Assembly (NCBI RefSeq): GCF_006345805.1
Contig: NC_043012.1
Location: 55,242,001 to 55,306,000 of the forward strand
Direction of reading: 5' to 3'
From: Octopus sinensis
Taxonomy: Eukaryota
Length of the DNA: 64,000 nucleotides
Made by a program: the position numbers and the translations under genes. The notes under the pieces are model-generated. The model searched no databases. It saw nothing but the letters and a program-made list of their open reading frames with translations, and was not told where the DNA came from. Shown in pieces: positions 26,055 to 38,900 of this stretch (positions are counted from its first letter, which is position 1; each line of letters opens with the position of its first letter).

Positions 26055-26380
26055 TGAAGATCGTCCCGCCTCCTTCTTCAAGTTTTACTTGCGAAGCAAT
26101 TTTGTTGAAAGGTGAGCGAATGTGACAAGAATGGTCGAGTGAATGGGCCTACACTAAGCATGAACCTGTAAATTTAAAGAAAATGATGTGGAGAGCGTGA
26201 TTTTGTGGGGGTTTTACGAGCAGCCCTAGGAAGTCTCCATCTTTTGGACATAATCTTCGTTAGAATTTATTTTATCACTGTTTTTCTACCTTTTATATGC
26301 TTCTTTATGTAATCACACATTGTAGTGTTCCGTACCATCCCCAATGACCCATAGTGATAAATAAAGTATTATTATTATTA
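26055..26380 (+). pseudogene. Tx1/L1-like LINE 3' end remnant
   Basis: ASFFKFYL...NFVER*ANVTRMV...NGPTLSMNL*, then a 3' UTR ending AATAAA and an ATT tail. It parallels the remnant at 43520-43850. Confidence 0.45.
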
Positions 26381-26484
26381 TTATTTGCCCTTGTGGATAG
26401 TAAAAAAGGATTATTATTATTATTATTACTATTCTTCTTCTTCTTCTTCTTCTCTTCTTCTTCCTTCTTCTTCTTCTTCTCTTC

Positions 26485-26523
<39 letters not shown>

Positions 26524-26545
26524 TATTATTAGTATTATTATTATT

Positions 26546-27098
26546 GAGTGAGAGAGCAGTTCATGCCATCCAAAGTGACACTGGGGTAAAATATACGAAG
26601 CCCAATATCCCATCATGACTACCCGTCTGATAAAGGTACACCAGGCACATGCATCACAACCATATGTGCGCGACATGGTGATCTCATATCAAGATAAACA
26701 GCACATGACCTTGCAGGTGGGGCCCAGTTAGAATTTTCTTCAGGTTGAGTAGCCCATCCCGCTCAAACGGTCCCTGAATAAGGGTTGTTTAAGGATGTTG
26801 AAAGAACCACCCATGTTTCCAGAGGTGAAACTATTCAAACCCAAAGAATCCCTCTCAACACATGGCTATGATGCTCCCCCACTACTTCTGCTCGTGATCA
26901 GAGATGCACATATCGTCAGCCACTAAGGGACATGCTCAACTGGTTAAGGTCAAACAACTGACAAGCAAATCTGTGGTATGAGCAGAATATTTGCTGTAGC
27001 CCATCTTTTATACCAAGACAAAACAATGTACATGATAACACTTCAATCAGTTAAGATCAGAAGCACGAGAGAGCCACTGCCTGGTACTGCATCAGGGC

Positions 27099-27100
<2 letters not shown>
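26546..27100 (-). mobile_element. ~560-bp (AAT)n-embedded element, copy B
   Basis: Same termini as the other copies; ATT arrays on both sides. Confidence 0.9.
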
Positions 27101-27147
<47 letters not shown>

Positions 27148-27419
27148 GAGGCAGCGAACTGGCAGAGTCCTTAACACGCCGGGAAAAATGCTTAGCGGCA
27201 TTTCGTCCGTTTCCACGTTCTCAGTTCAAATTCCGCCGAGGTCGACTTTTTGCCTTTCGTCCTTTCGGGGTCGATAAATTAAGTACCAGTGAAACACTGG
27301 AGTTGATGAAATTGACTTACTCCCTCCCCACAATAATTTCAGGCCTTGTGCCTTTAGTAGAAAGAATTGTTATTATCATTTTCTCTTAATCACAGAATTT
27401 GTTTTAGTTCTTGGAGTTT

Positions 27420-28320
27420 TACATGCGTGGCGGGCTTCCTAACTGCAGCCTACGGTACCATGATATCCATTCTTTTCAACTATCTAATACTTTCCTGATT
27501 ATTTTGGCCGTGCCAAGGATGCAAACCTTTTGTAAGAGTTTACCTGGGCACTCTATTTAATTTTATTTATATTCCCCTTAATGCCTTCTGATAATGTTCC
27601 CAAGGACCCAACAATAATTGGCATTATTTTCACCTTCATTTTCCATAGCCAGACTCCTGGAGGCTTACATGCGTAGCAGTCTTGCTACCTGCAGCCTACG
27701 GTACCATGCTATCCATTCTTTTCAGCTATGTAATACTTTCCTGATAATTCTGGCCATGCCAAGGAGGCAAAACTTTTGTGAAAGTTCTACTGGGTACATA
27801 ATTCCAATTTCCTTTATATTCAACTTGATGCCTTCTGATACTGTTCCCAAGGACTCGACAATAATTGACACTATCCTCATTATTATTATTATTATTATTA
27901 TTGCTTTACTTCTAAGAACATTCCGTCATGTTGTTTGTTCTGGTAGATTCTGTGAGAGAGGGCAACAGCCTGCCATGAGAGGTCTCACAGGGTCTTTTTC
28001 TGCAAATTATAAATTTTGATACTTGGTTATTAATTATCGTGGGAGACATTCAACAACCATGTACCAATCTCAAATTCCTAGATGTCCCCAGCAGGGCAGT
28101 TTTCTGGGCTTGCTCTGCTCTCATGTCAATTCCGATTTCTTTGACATATTTCTTGAACTTGGTTGTTAGTGCTCCGAGTGCCCCCTACAACTATTGGGAT
28201 GACAGACGCTTTCCTCATAGTCACCATTCTTGTAATTTCGTTTTTTAGAAGTAAGTACTTTTCAATCTTTTCTAGTTGTTTATCACATATACGTGCAGCT
28301 CCAGATATTGCAATATCCAT
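27420..28320 (-). pseudogene. Cluster of degenerate REL LINE 3' ends: two short tandem pieces at 27420-27880 and one at 28040-28320
   Basis: DIAISGAARICDKQLEKIEKYLLLKNEITRM...VIPIVVG and IMPIIVGSLGTL motifs. Confidence 0.65.
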
Positions 28321-28556
28321 TATTATTGTTGTTCTCTAACCACTCTACTGTATCGTTCTGCTAGATATAGCAGCTAAATCCTCCTCAAATAACACTTTTA
28401 AGAGATAGTCGTCACTCACGAATGAGTATCGTTTGGTAACATGTACCATGTTTCTGATAATTGTTTTGGGCACCTGAATAGTCGCAAGTACGCACGGACA
28501 TCCACTCGACTCTCCTTCTTTCTGACCCAGTGGGATATCCAGGACATGACAGGCGG

Positions 28557-28619
<63 letters not shown>

Positions 28620-30424
28620 AGAGAGAACTGTATTAGCACTCGGTTGCTCCTCATTTTCATTTGAGCGGACTGGAGTAATGCGTATAAAATGAACTGTATT
28701 ACTCAAGGATACACCGTGCCACCCGGTCCAGGGATTGAACCCAGGGCATTATAATCGTGAGACAAACATCCTAAACATTTGGACATGTGCCTTCACTAAA
28801 TCACATCTTGCTAATAAAAAGCAAAAGACAAAAAAAGCCGATAGACTATTTGGAGATTAAATAATGTAGCCATAGATACAATGGCGCTGGACTAGAAAGA
28901 CAGGATGGTCACGGTTAGAATGCTTTTAAATGCACTCGATCTGGGACGCAACAACAACAACAATCATATCAGTAACATATGCGCTTCGAGATTACAGGTT
29001 CAATGTTTCATTTTCGAATTTGCTTAATTTCAAGGATTCCAGGAACCATGTTAATGGTTCGGTAAGTACTCATGAACGCATCTACCCACATTGAAAGCGA
29101 TGCAAGTAGTTATTTATGGATGCTTAAGGGAAATATTTAGTACAACCACCCATCTGTTGAAAATGGACCAATCTGGACAGTTTGCAAATTAAAGAAGAAT
29201 TTTCATGATTATTTATCATCGTTCGTCACTATCCTCTTATTTTCTCAAACAACTACGCCTCGCTTTCATTCTCTCTAATTCTCTCTCCATTTTTACACGT
29301 ATTCTCTCTTTCTTTGCATTTAGCCTATTCTGAATCGATTTGCAAGTAACTTAAACTATTTATATATTTATCGAATGATATTGGCTTCAACGTACCTGAA
29401 CATGCTATCTCGTTTTTACAAGCATAACCAAGTGCATAGCACTCACGTAATCAAACATGATAAAAACATTGGTGCGTTTATCGTTAATCAAAAAACTGGG
29501 ATATAATTTTAGAGAGAAATTTTTATTGCTAGCGAATACTCAACTAGTTAAATCTGCATTGTGGAAAGTGAAAGAGGGAGTAAAGAGTGAGTGAGAGAGA
29601 AAAGTGGTGAGGTTTTTCAGATAATTTGTTAAAATACAACATGAAAAGGAAATTAACTGGCAAATTTTATGAAGTAAACGAATAGGAAAACATATTTAAT
29701 TAATTTACGCTCATCAAACTACATTGGATTAAATAACGATGAGTATAGTATCTATGATGTATATATATATAAACGTAGAAGAGTACCAGCTGTAATATCT
29801 TGTTTCAGAGAGACTTGTGCATGAAAAAAAAAAAAGAGAAAAAACACAGAGTTCGCTCAGAAAGCCGTTAGCGGATCGTCAAACACCGGTGTTTCAATCT
29901 CATTAGATCACCTCAGTGACAAACATCCTGAACATTCTGAGCTAAGCCGAAAAGTTTCCGTTCTGATACTGAAATTAGTTAATACAGCATTCACTGATAT
30001 GGGCCATTCATTAATTTGTGTGAAAGCTGACCAGACTAAAATTTAGTTGATATTCACATTTAAAACAGTGGAACAGCATTAACTTAATCTATTGATATGT
30101 ATTATCGTATGGTAATTTTAAATCTTAACATTCTCAGACGTTGGCCCCTGTGCTTAACTTTACTCCCCCACCATTTGGGCTTCCGAGCAAAAAATAAATA
30201 AATAGTTGCATATAAGCTCAAGAATAACGATTGCAGGCAAACCAACTGGAAAAATAGACGGCATCTTCTTTTTCTACGTGTGTTGTTTAACACCACCTCA
30301 CCAGGAATCCAACGGGAAGTTATTCCTGCTATAGTGAGAATACGGCGTGACAGGGTTAAGGTAAAAACCAAAAGAAGGAAAGAACAAGAGGGAGGAGGAG
30401 AAAAGGAGAGAGAGGGGAGAAAGG

Positions 30425-30468
<44 letters not shown>

Positions 30469-30676
30469 AAAGCGAATGATGCAACATTGTGGTTGCATAG
30501 ACTAGATTGATCCCATCAATGTCACAGTGACAAAGTTCGCAAGTTTTGTAGGTCGGCCATCGCTCAAGGTTGATTATGCGCCTGCGCATGCATGAGGTAA
30601 CGTAGTCAGAGTGTGTGCCGCCTAGGGTAGCCCTTGAATTTTCTACTCTGCCCACTCCTCTATACAAGCTTATACT

Positions 30677-30909
30677 TATTTCTTTACCAGCCACAAGGGG
30701 CTAAACACAGAGGGGACAAACAAGGACAGACAAACGGATTAAGTCGATTATATCGACCTCAGTGCATAACTGGTACATAATTTATTGACCTCGAAAGGAT
30801 GAAAGGCAATGTCGACCTGAGCGGAATTTGAACTCAGAACGTAACGGCAGACGAAATCAGGCTACGCATTTCGACCGGCGGGCTAACGTTTCTGCCAGCA
30901 CACCGCCTT
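30677..30909 (-). mobile_element. S1 SINE with 16-bp TSD
   Basis: TATACAAGCTTATACT at 30661-30676 and 30910-30925. Confidence 0.9.
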
Positions 30910-31144
30910 TATACAAGCTTATACTACAGACCTAACAGTGCCGCTCCCACAAAATCGTTACCCAAGCAAATGTCCCCATCGCCCTTAGCTACACTACTGC
31001 ATGTATGCGTAGGATTGAAAAAGATTTTTTATTTAAGAAGTCTAACAATTACTCATACAAACTAGTATACCAGTGTCTCACTCGCTGCCATCAATGTTTA
31101 TCTAAAGGAAAGGACAATACAGTTTGATACCAGTGACATTGCAC

Positions 31145-31550
31145 GTTTTCTATCAGAATTGAAGCAGCACTCCGTCGGTTCCGACGACGAGGGTTCCGGT
31201 TGATCCGAATCAACGGAACAGCCTGCTCGTGAAATTAACGTGTAAGTGGCTGAGCACTCCACAGACACGTGTACCCTTAACGTAATTCTCGGGGATATTC
31301 AGCGTGACACAGAGAGTGACAAGGCCGGCCCTTTGAAATACAGGTACAACAGAAACAGGAAATAAGAGTGAGAGAAAGTTGTGGTGAAAGAGTACAGCAG
31401 GGATCACCACCATCCCCTGCCGGAGCCTCGCGGAGCCTTTTTAGGTGTTTTCGCTCAATAAACACTCACAACGCCCGGTCTGGGAATCGAAACCGCGATC
31501 CTACGACCGCGAGTCCGCTGCCCTAACCACTGGGCCATTGCGCCTCCACT
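31145..31550 (-). mobile_element. tRNA-head SINE family S4 (GGAGGCGCAATGGCCCAGTGGTTAGG...GGTTTCGATTCCC). Related pieces at 1215-1475, 3845-4095, 24235-24535, 44790-44990, 50272-50765
   Basis: A/B boxes in the head. The body and tail modules are shared among the listed copies. Confidence 0.8.
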
Positions 31551-32637
31551 TAATTATCAGAATACAAACAGCCGGAACACACACTCTAACATATCTTGCC
31601 CGACCCCTCTGAGTTTTCGCCATTCCTTCACCATCCAGGGTTATCTTTTATCTTTAACTTGTTTCCGTCATTTGAATCGACCCTAGTACCTATCATTTTC
31701 TTAAAGGCTGCTACTTATTCTCTTTACTCTTTTACTTGTTTCAGTCGTTTGATTGTGGCCATGCTGGAGCATCGCCTTTAGTCGAGCAAATCGACCCCCA
31801 GGACTTATTCTTTGTAAGCCTAGTACTTATTCTATCGGTCGCTTTTGCCGAACCGCTAAGTTACGGGGACGTAAATACACCAGCATCGGTTGTCAAGCGA
31901 TGTTGGTGGGACAAACACGGACACACAAACATACATACACACACATACATATATACATATATATATATATACATATATACGACGGGCTTCTTTCAGTTTC
32001 TGTCTACCAAATCCACTCACAAGGCTTTGGTCGGCCCGAGGCTATAGTAGAAGACACTTGCCCAAGGTGCCACGCAGTGGGACTGAACCCGGAACCATGT
32101 GGTTGGTGAGCAAGCTACTTACCACACATTTACTCTTACGTCTATTCTATCGATCTTTTTTCAACACGCTAATTTATGGGGACATAAACACACCAACACT
32201 ATTGGATCGCTCATTTTTAACGAAGTAAGACATTACCTTCAGGATAGGTACATTCCGCCGAAGAATTTCATTAAAATTAGTCTAGATCGTTTGGTGCAAT
32301 GCAATGCAAAAGTATTTATAACAAAATTGAAAGGAATTGCAAACGTATTTTACGCGTACGCTGTAATATTTATGGGCAGCATCTGGAGTCAAAGCAGAAC
32401 AGCTCTGCTGTTCAGTATCAGTAATTAATTTTATCAAAGCTAATGATTTTAATGACTGAAATTTTAAGTAATTTTGTTATGATGAGGAATTTAAGAATTT
32501 GTTGCTGTACACGGAGGCAATGGCGCAATAGCTTTGATTGAGTAATTACGCTGTAGGAGACACTAATCAATTTTTTACAGCTCTCGTCATCAATAAATGG
32601 ACCAAACACACGCGCACGTGCACACACACACACACAT

Positions 32638-32698
<61 letters not shown>

Positions 32699-33221
32699 CG
32701 CACACAACAAAGGCAAAATTAATTGTTGACCAATTGATAAATGGCGGAATAAAAGAAGCAAAGTTGTTTTGGAACATTATTTAAGTGAGATGTTCAAATC
32801 GATCAACAAGTTAATCGAATTAAATCTAATACGCCAAGGAGAAAATACTGATTTTGTGAAAAGCTGTCAAAAAATTAAAGGTTCCAGGAACAAATTGCTT
32901 TATTGGCCGAATTAATTTGCAAAAGAAATAGATAAATGAATGAATAAATAAAAATAAGTAAAATAAAAACAAGCAAAAACAAACAGAAAACCCCGCTCGG
33001 TTGATTTCAAGAATTTGCAAATAGCAAACCAACAACGTATTGTATCCAAGGCTACTGAAACGACATTTTGACGATATTTTCACAACAAAATATCTGCCAG
33101 ATATTAGCAGTACGTTCTTTAAAATTGCTAAGAGTAAATGAGCATCCTACATAAGCGGCTCATTTACTCTGAGTAATTTTACTCTAAGCAATTTCATAAT
33201 GAAAATTTCGAGACAAATTTC

Positions 33222-33555
33222 TAAACAGCACAGCTCCCATGAAAACAGCACAGCTCCCATGACTTCAGGAAACATTTTTTCACGCTGAGAGTTGCTGAAG
33301 CATGGAACAAACTGCCGGCATCAGTTGTTAGTTGTCGGAGCACTGCACCCTTCAAAACTTCCATGCTTCCTGAGATTCGCCAACACTACACTTGATTTTC
33401 TCTCCTCCATACACACACAAGCATATATCTGACTCATACATTGTTCGCTTTCCATACATTTCTACATTACTGCATGTACTTTATATGCACTTTCTGACAA
33501 GTTGTGGTGCACCTGAGCACTGTATACAATTAATTTCATTATTATTATTATTATA
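33222..33555 (+). mobile_element. CR1-type LINE 3' end
   Basis: HSSHDFRKHFFTLRVAEAWNKLPASVVSCRSTAPFKTSM is a CR1 ORF2 C-terminal motif, followed by a 3' UTR and (ATT)n. A 20-nt unit is tandemly duplicated at the 5' truncation point. Confidence 0.8.
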
Positions 33556-33969
33556 AGATATTCAGAGTATAAACATAACAGATGGGCTTCCATAGAGTCA
33601 TGTACATGGCGCAGAAATCTAAGGAAACCCATCTGTCCTGAAATAATTTTGGTTCATAGTACATGAACTTAAAAGGTTAAGAACAAGATGATGATGATGA
33701 TGATGCAGACTCCCACCACCACCACCACCACTTCATGATTCCTGAGCAACTACATGACCCGAAAGAAAATATCAACTGGCTGAAAATAAAAAGGAATTGT
33801 GGGATTTATGTCTTTCTGAGGCAGCCTTTGCTATATTGGTTTCAAATTTTGGTACAAAGCCAGCAACTTCGAGGAAGAGGATAAGTCGATTATTCAACTT
33901 GTACTTATTTTATCGATCCCGAAAGGACGAGAGGCAGCCGACCTCGACGGAATTTAAACTCAGAACATA

Positions 33970-35097
33970 CGAGGTTGTACGAAAAAGTTCCCCAACTATA
34001 GTTATGTGTAATAAAAAAAAAAACAACTTATTTACCTAAGGTGACATTAATAGCGCAAGTTGTTTTACACCTATTACACTATTTTTCTTTTGTTTCTTGG
34101 CTCTGGTGAGGCGACTCGGAACATTCACGATGTGAATTTTCCGAGTCCTCTCCCCTACGAGCACGCATTTTTTTTCATATCCGTTTAGGGCAAGTTGTTT
34201 TACACCTATTACACTATTTTTTTTTGTTTTTTTTTTGTTCGGGTCAAACGCTTTAGTTTAACCCACTAATCAACTTTTTTTACAGCTTGTTGTTATTTAC
34301 CTAAGTTTTAACATAATCTCCTTCGAAATAGTCACCTTGCGCAGCGTTCCTGCCACTTTTGGAATCCGGCCTGGAAGTCGTTTTCCGTCAGCGAGGCAAG
34401 GATCTTCTGCGATTCACTCTTGATCTCGACAACGGTGTTAAAATGTTGACCTTTGAGCGGCATTTTCATCTTGGAGAAGAGACGCAAAATCTGGTGCTAA
34501 ATCTAGTGAATAAGGCGGGTGCTAAAGCGATACCATGTTTTTAGCGAGAAACTCACGTGTGAGGAGAGCTCAGTAACAGGATGCATCGTCGCCGTGAAGA
34601 ATCCAGTTCTTGGCCCTCCACGGATCCGGTCGCTTTCGCTGAATGTCACCCCTCAAACTCCTCAAAACGTCACAGTAGAACTCGCGGAGGGGCGGAATTC
34701 CCGATGTACAATACCGCGGATGTCGAAAAAACGATGAGCAAGCTCTTGATTGAGCTATGGCTCTGTCGTACGTCCGTGCCACTCGAAACATTGCGCACGA
34801 CCCATTAATTCGTCGGCGTAAGCTTGCTGAAGCATGCTCAATGTCTCTGTAGCAGACTTCTCAAGTTTAATGCAAAATTTCACGTTGGCTTTTTGTTCCC
34901 GTCCATGACAAAATCACAGACAACACAAAACACACGATCACAAAAACACAAATTTCACAACTTGCGAAGTAAACACAGCGATGTCACTAGACACACTGCC
35001 TCGTGAAGGTCACAAGTAGCTCTCAGTTCACATGCAACCATGTGCTGTCATCTGATCCCGTACAGAATTAGTCCGGGGATTTTTTGCTACTACCTCC
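33970..35097 (-). mobile_element. Internally deleted mariner inserted at a TA inside an S1 SINE
   Basis: TA at 33968-33969 and 35098-35099, with imperfect TIRs. Motifs EQKANVKFCIKLEKSATETLSMLQQAY, EFYCDVLRSLRGDIQRKRPDPWRAKNWILH and YSLDLAP. The SINE halves (33836-33967, 35100-35166) rejoin across it. Confidence 0.85.
34041..34292. mobile_element. 252-bp unclassified insertion within the mariner, with 13-bp TSD
   Basis: TTATTTACCTAAG at 34028-34040 and 34293-34305. It holds an internal ~31-bp direct repeat and a 14-bp hairpin. Confidence 0.7.
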
Positions 35098-35439
35098 TAA
35101 AGACGAATGAAATACCGCTAAGCATTTTGCCCGGCGTGCTAACGATTCTACCAATTCACCGCCTTAAGCCTTTATTACACTGATGTGCGTTCGCTACGAG
35201 AGATCGTCGGGGATGATGACTTCTGGCATTTGAAGCTATCATGAGGGTTTCTAGTTTCTTATTGTTCTAGTTTAAGGGGACTAAGGTTCGGTAATATTTT
35301 CTTGATATGTGAATTTTGTTGTTAGACGATGAACTGGCAGAATCATTTGAGCATCTCATAGAACTTCGGAGATGAATTATTGACTGGCAAGTGACTTGAT
35401 CTGAGTCTGTGTTGAAAATAAAACAGTGTAGAAAATGTA

Positions 35440-36005
35440 TTGGGCTGTCCGGAAAGTTCGTTCCGATTTATAGTAGCTTACCTTTTGACTTATTTTAGAA
35501 CATGGTTGAGTCCATAAACTAGGATTTGACTACACCTCCATTTGGAGCACAGTTTAAGCTTTCTTTTCGTGGAAGAAGGCTTATGTTCCTATAACCTGTG
35601 TTAATTCTGTAACCCTTTAAAATGGAAGATAAGAAAGTTCATTTTCGGCACTTGATGCTTTGGTAACCAGACAAAAATTGCTGCAGCTCGTCTGGGATGT
35701 GTTACCCCACCCTCCATATTCACCAGATATTGCTCCTTCGGATTTCCGCTTATTCAGGTCACTGCAGAATAGTCTTAATGGCAAAAGTTTCAATTCCTTG
35801 GATGACGTAAAAAGGTACCTTGATGAATTCTTTGCCAAGAAACCACCTCAATTCTGGGAAGAGGGTATTTTCAAGTTAAAGGAAAGATGGAGACGCATTG
35901 TGCAACAAAATGGTTCATTTTTGGTTGATTAAAAATGTAATGGCAAGTTTTTATTGACCTTTTTCTTTTCTTTAAAAATCGACAAGAACTTTCCGGACAA
36001 CCCAA
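35440..36005 (+). mobile_element. 566-bp mariner deletion derivative
   Basis: TA flanks at 35438-35439 and 36006-36007; TIR TTGGG(C/T)TGTCCGGAAAGTTC. The N-terminus MEDKKVHFRHLMLW is joined out of frame to the C-terminus LPHPPYSPDIAPSDFRLFRSLQNSL... Confidence 0.92.
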
Positions 36006-36990
36006 TATATTAACCATTCAAAAACCTGCTAAGTTCATTTAAACATATATTGTTTATTGCAACGAAGATTCTGACACTCAGTATTAGTAGGCATCCATCG
36101 ATCCCGAGCGACCATGGATGTGTGCCTGAAGAAATTCTGTCAGCTGCTGATGGTGCAGCGAGCGTGTGCTGCGGCAGTAGAGGTCCACACGGGAATGGCA
36201 GTCACGCATACAGCAACTGTATTTGAAATAGCTCTCTACCAGCGCTGTTGGCTTTTCCTTTCGTCGTTTGCGCTTTGCTTTGGTGGCAAATAAACATTTA
36301 AGGAAAGCTGAAAGTGTTTTGTGTGTTTTTGAATGGCGAAATACATCTTCTACACCGTAATTATCTGACAGAATGTCTTGCGATATTCATTTCGATTCCA
36401 CGTCTAGTACTGAGGTTGATTCTCTCTCTCTCTCCTCTCTCTCTCTCCCTCTTTCTCTTTGTTTCTCTTCACCTTCTCTCTCCCTCTCTCTCCCTCCATC
36501 CCTCTTTCTCTCACTGTTTCTATCATTGTCATTGTCTGTCTGTCTGTCTGTCTGTTCGTTCTCCCCCTCTCACTCTTTCTCTCTTTCAGTGCGCAACTGG
36601 TAATTACTTCATTAACCTCAAAAAGATGAAACTCAAGCTCCACTTTGACGGAATTTGAACGCAGAACGTAAAAACGGACGAAATGCTGCCAAGCATTTGG
36701 TCCGGCGCGCTAACTGTTCTGCCAGCTCGCTGCCCTAACAACAACAACAACAACAATAATAATAAAGATTTTATTTCTTTGCTACAAGAGTGAAGGATGA
36801 GGGGGGGCAATACAAAGAGAGACATAAAGCGTGGGGATTTACATATAATGAAATGATGAAAAAAAATGAAATAAAGAAAGAAAGTATACACGGTATGTAC
36901 TGAAAAAGAAGGGACAAATGCATAGCGTACAAAGGTTTTTTAAAAAAGAGTGGCGGGGAGGATGGTAGAGATGTGGCCCACCTGATACAG

Positions 36991-37047
<57 letters not shown>

Positions 37048-37049
<2 letters not shown>

Positions 37050-37603
37050 GCTCTGACGCAGTACCAGGCAGTGGCTCTCGTGGCTTCTGATCTTAACTGA
37101 TTGGAAGTGTTATCATGTACATTGTTTTGTCTTGGTATAAAAGATGGGCTACAGCAAATATTCTGCTCAATACCACAGATTTGCTTGTCAGTTGTTTGAC
37201 CTTAACCAGTTGAGCATGTCCCTTAGTGGCTGACGATATGTGCATCTCTGATCACGAGCAGAAGTAGTGGGGGAGCATCATAGCCATGTGTTGAGAGGGA
37301 TTCTTTGGGGTTTGAATAATTCATCTCTGGAAACATGGGTGTTTCGTTCAACATCCTTAAACAACCCTTATTCAGGGACCTTTTGAGCGGGATGGGCTAC
37401 TCAACCTGAAGACATTTCTAACTGGGCTCCACCTGCAAGGTCATGTGCTGTTTATCTTGATATGAGATCACCATGTCGCGCACATATGATTGTGATGCAT
37501 GTGCCTGGTGTACCCTTATCAGACGGGTAGTCATGATGGGTATACTGGGCTTCGTATATTTTACCCCAGTGTCACTTTGATGGCATGCTCTGCTCGCTCA
37601 CTC
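37048..37603 (+). mobile_element. ~560-bp (AAT)n-embedded element, copy C
   Basis: ATGCTCTGACGCAGTACCAGG...GCTCGCTCACTC between AAT arrays. Confidence 0.9.
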
Positions 37604-37659
<56 letters not shown>

Positions 37660-37685
37660 CAACAACAACAACGACGATGACGACG

Positions 37686-37717
<32 letters not shown>

Positions 37718-37728
37718 AATAATAATAA

Positions 37729-38739
37729 CGATGGCAAGAAAAGCCCCTTCATGGCAAATACTGGACTAAACTAAATGTAAAAGAAATAGACAAAGAAAAA
37801 TCCCAGCAATGGTTGAGAAGCTCAGGAGTCAAAGCAGAGACGGAGGAATTTTTAATTGCAGCACAGGACCAAAGCCTCCCCACCAGAAATTACCAAAAAC
37901 ATGTAATGAAAAGAAACATAACAAGTAACTGCAGAATATGTGGAGATGGACAAGAAACAATACATCATATTATCCCTGGCTGCCCAGTCCTGGCTAAGAA
38001 GGAATATATTCACAGACACGACAGAGTTGGGACCTACATACACTGGAAGCTATGCCAACATTATGGAATAACAACAGAAAAAAGATGGTATAAGCACACA
38101 CCAGAAAAGGTCACAGAAAACGAGAAAGCAACAATACTCTGGGATATGCCAATACACACAGATAGAGAAATTAAGGCCAACAGACCAGATATAGTTGTCA
38201 GAGATCATGAAGAAAAAATGTGCTTTCTAATTGATGTATCAATACCAGCAGATGATAACGTGTCTCTAAAAGAAATGGAGAAACTTTCAAAATACAAAGA
38301 CCTGGAAATAGAGGTAACCAGAATGTGGAATCTAAAAACAGAAACAATTCCTAAAAAAAAAAAAAATGCTTTCTAATTGATGTATCAATACCGGCAGATG
38401 ACAACGTGTCTCTAAAAGAAATGGAAAAACATTCAAAATACAAAGACCTGGAAATAGAGGTAACCAGAATGTGGAATCTAAAAACAGAAACAATTCCTAT
38501 CATAGTAGGTGCATTAGGCATGATAAAAAAATATTCAGACAAATACATAACAAAAACACCAGGAATTACAAACACATATAACATACAGAAAATTGCACTA
38601 CTAGGCACTGCACACATCCTACGCAGAACACTTACCATACAATAATCATCAGAGCATCACAACAAATCACAGCACATACCTAAGGCACACAGAGCTGCGC
38701 TCGGTAGTGAAGTGAAAGCACGGTATAAAAATAAAACTA

Positions 38740-38742
<3 letters not shown>
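37729..38742 (+). mobile_element. 5'-truncated Dong/R4-like LINE (CCHC finger plus REL domain) with an internal ~140-bp tandem duplication
   Basis: RWQEKPLHGKY...CRICGDGQETIHHIIPGC...HRHDRVG...RPDIVV...EKLSKY...PIIVGALG...LLGTAHILRRTL. Lies between (AAT)n arrays. Confidence 0.93.
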
Positions 38743-38776
<34 letters not shown>

Positions 38777-38787
38777 GTAGTAGTAGT

Positions 38788-38829
<42 letters not shown>

Positions 38830-38857
38830 ATAGTAAGTAATAATAATAATAATAATA

Positions 38858-38899
<42 letters not shown>

Positions 38900-38900
<1 letters not shown>

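Noticed and set aside
31470-31550. tRNA-like sequences with A and B boxes, here and at many other positions
   Set aside because: They continue into shared SINE bodies and I could not see a complete cloverleaf with acceptor stem. They are SINE heads, not tRNA genes.
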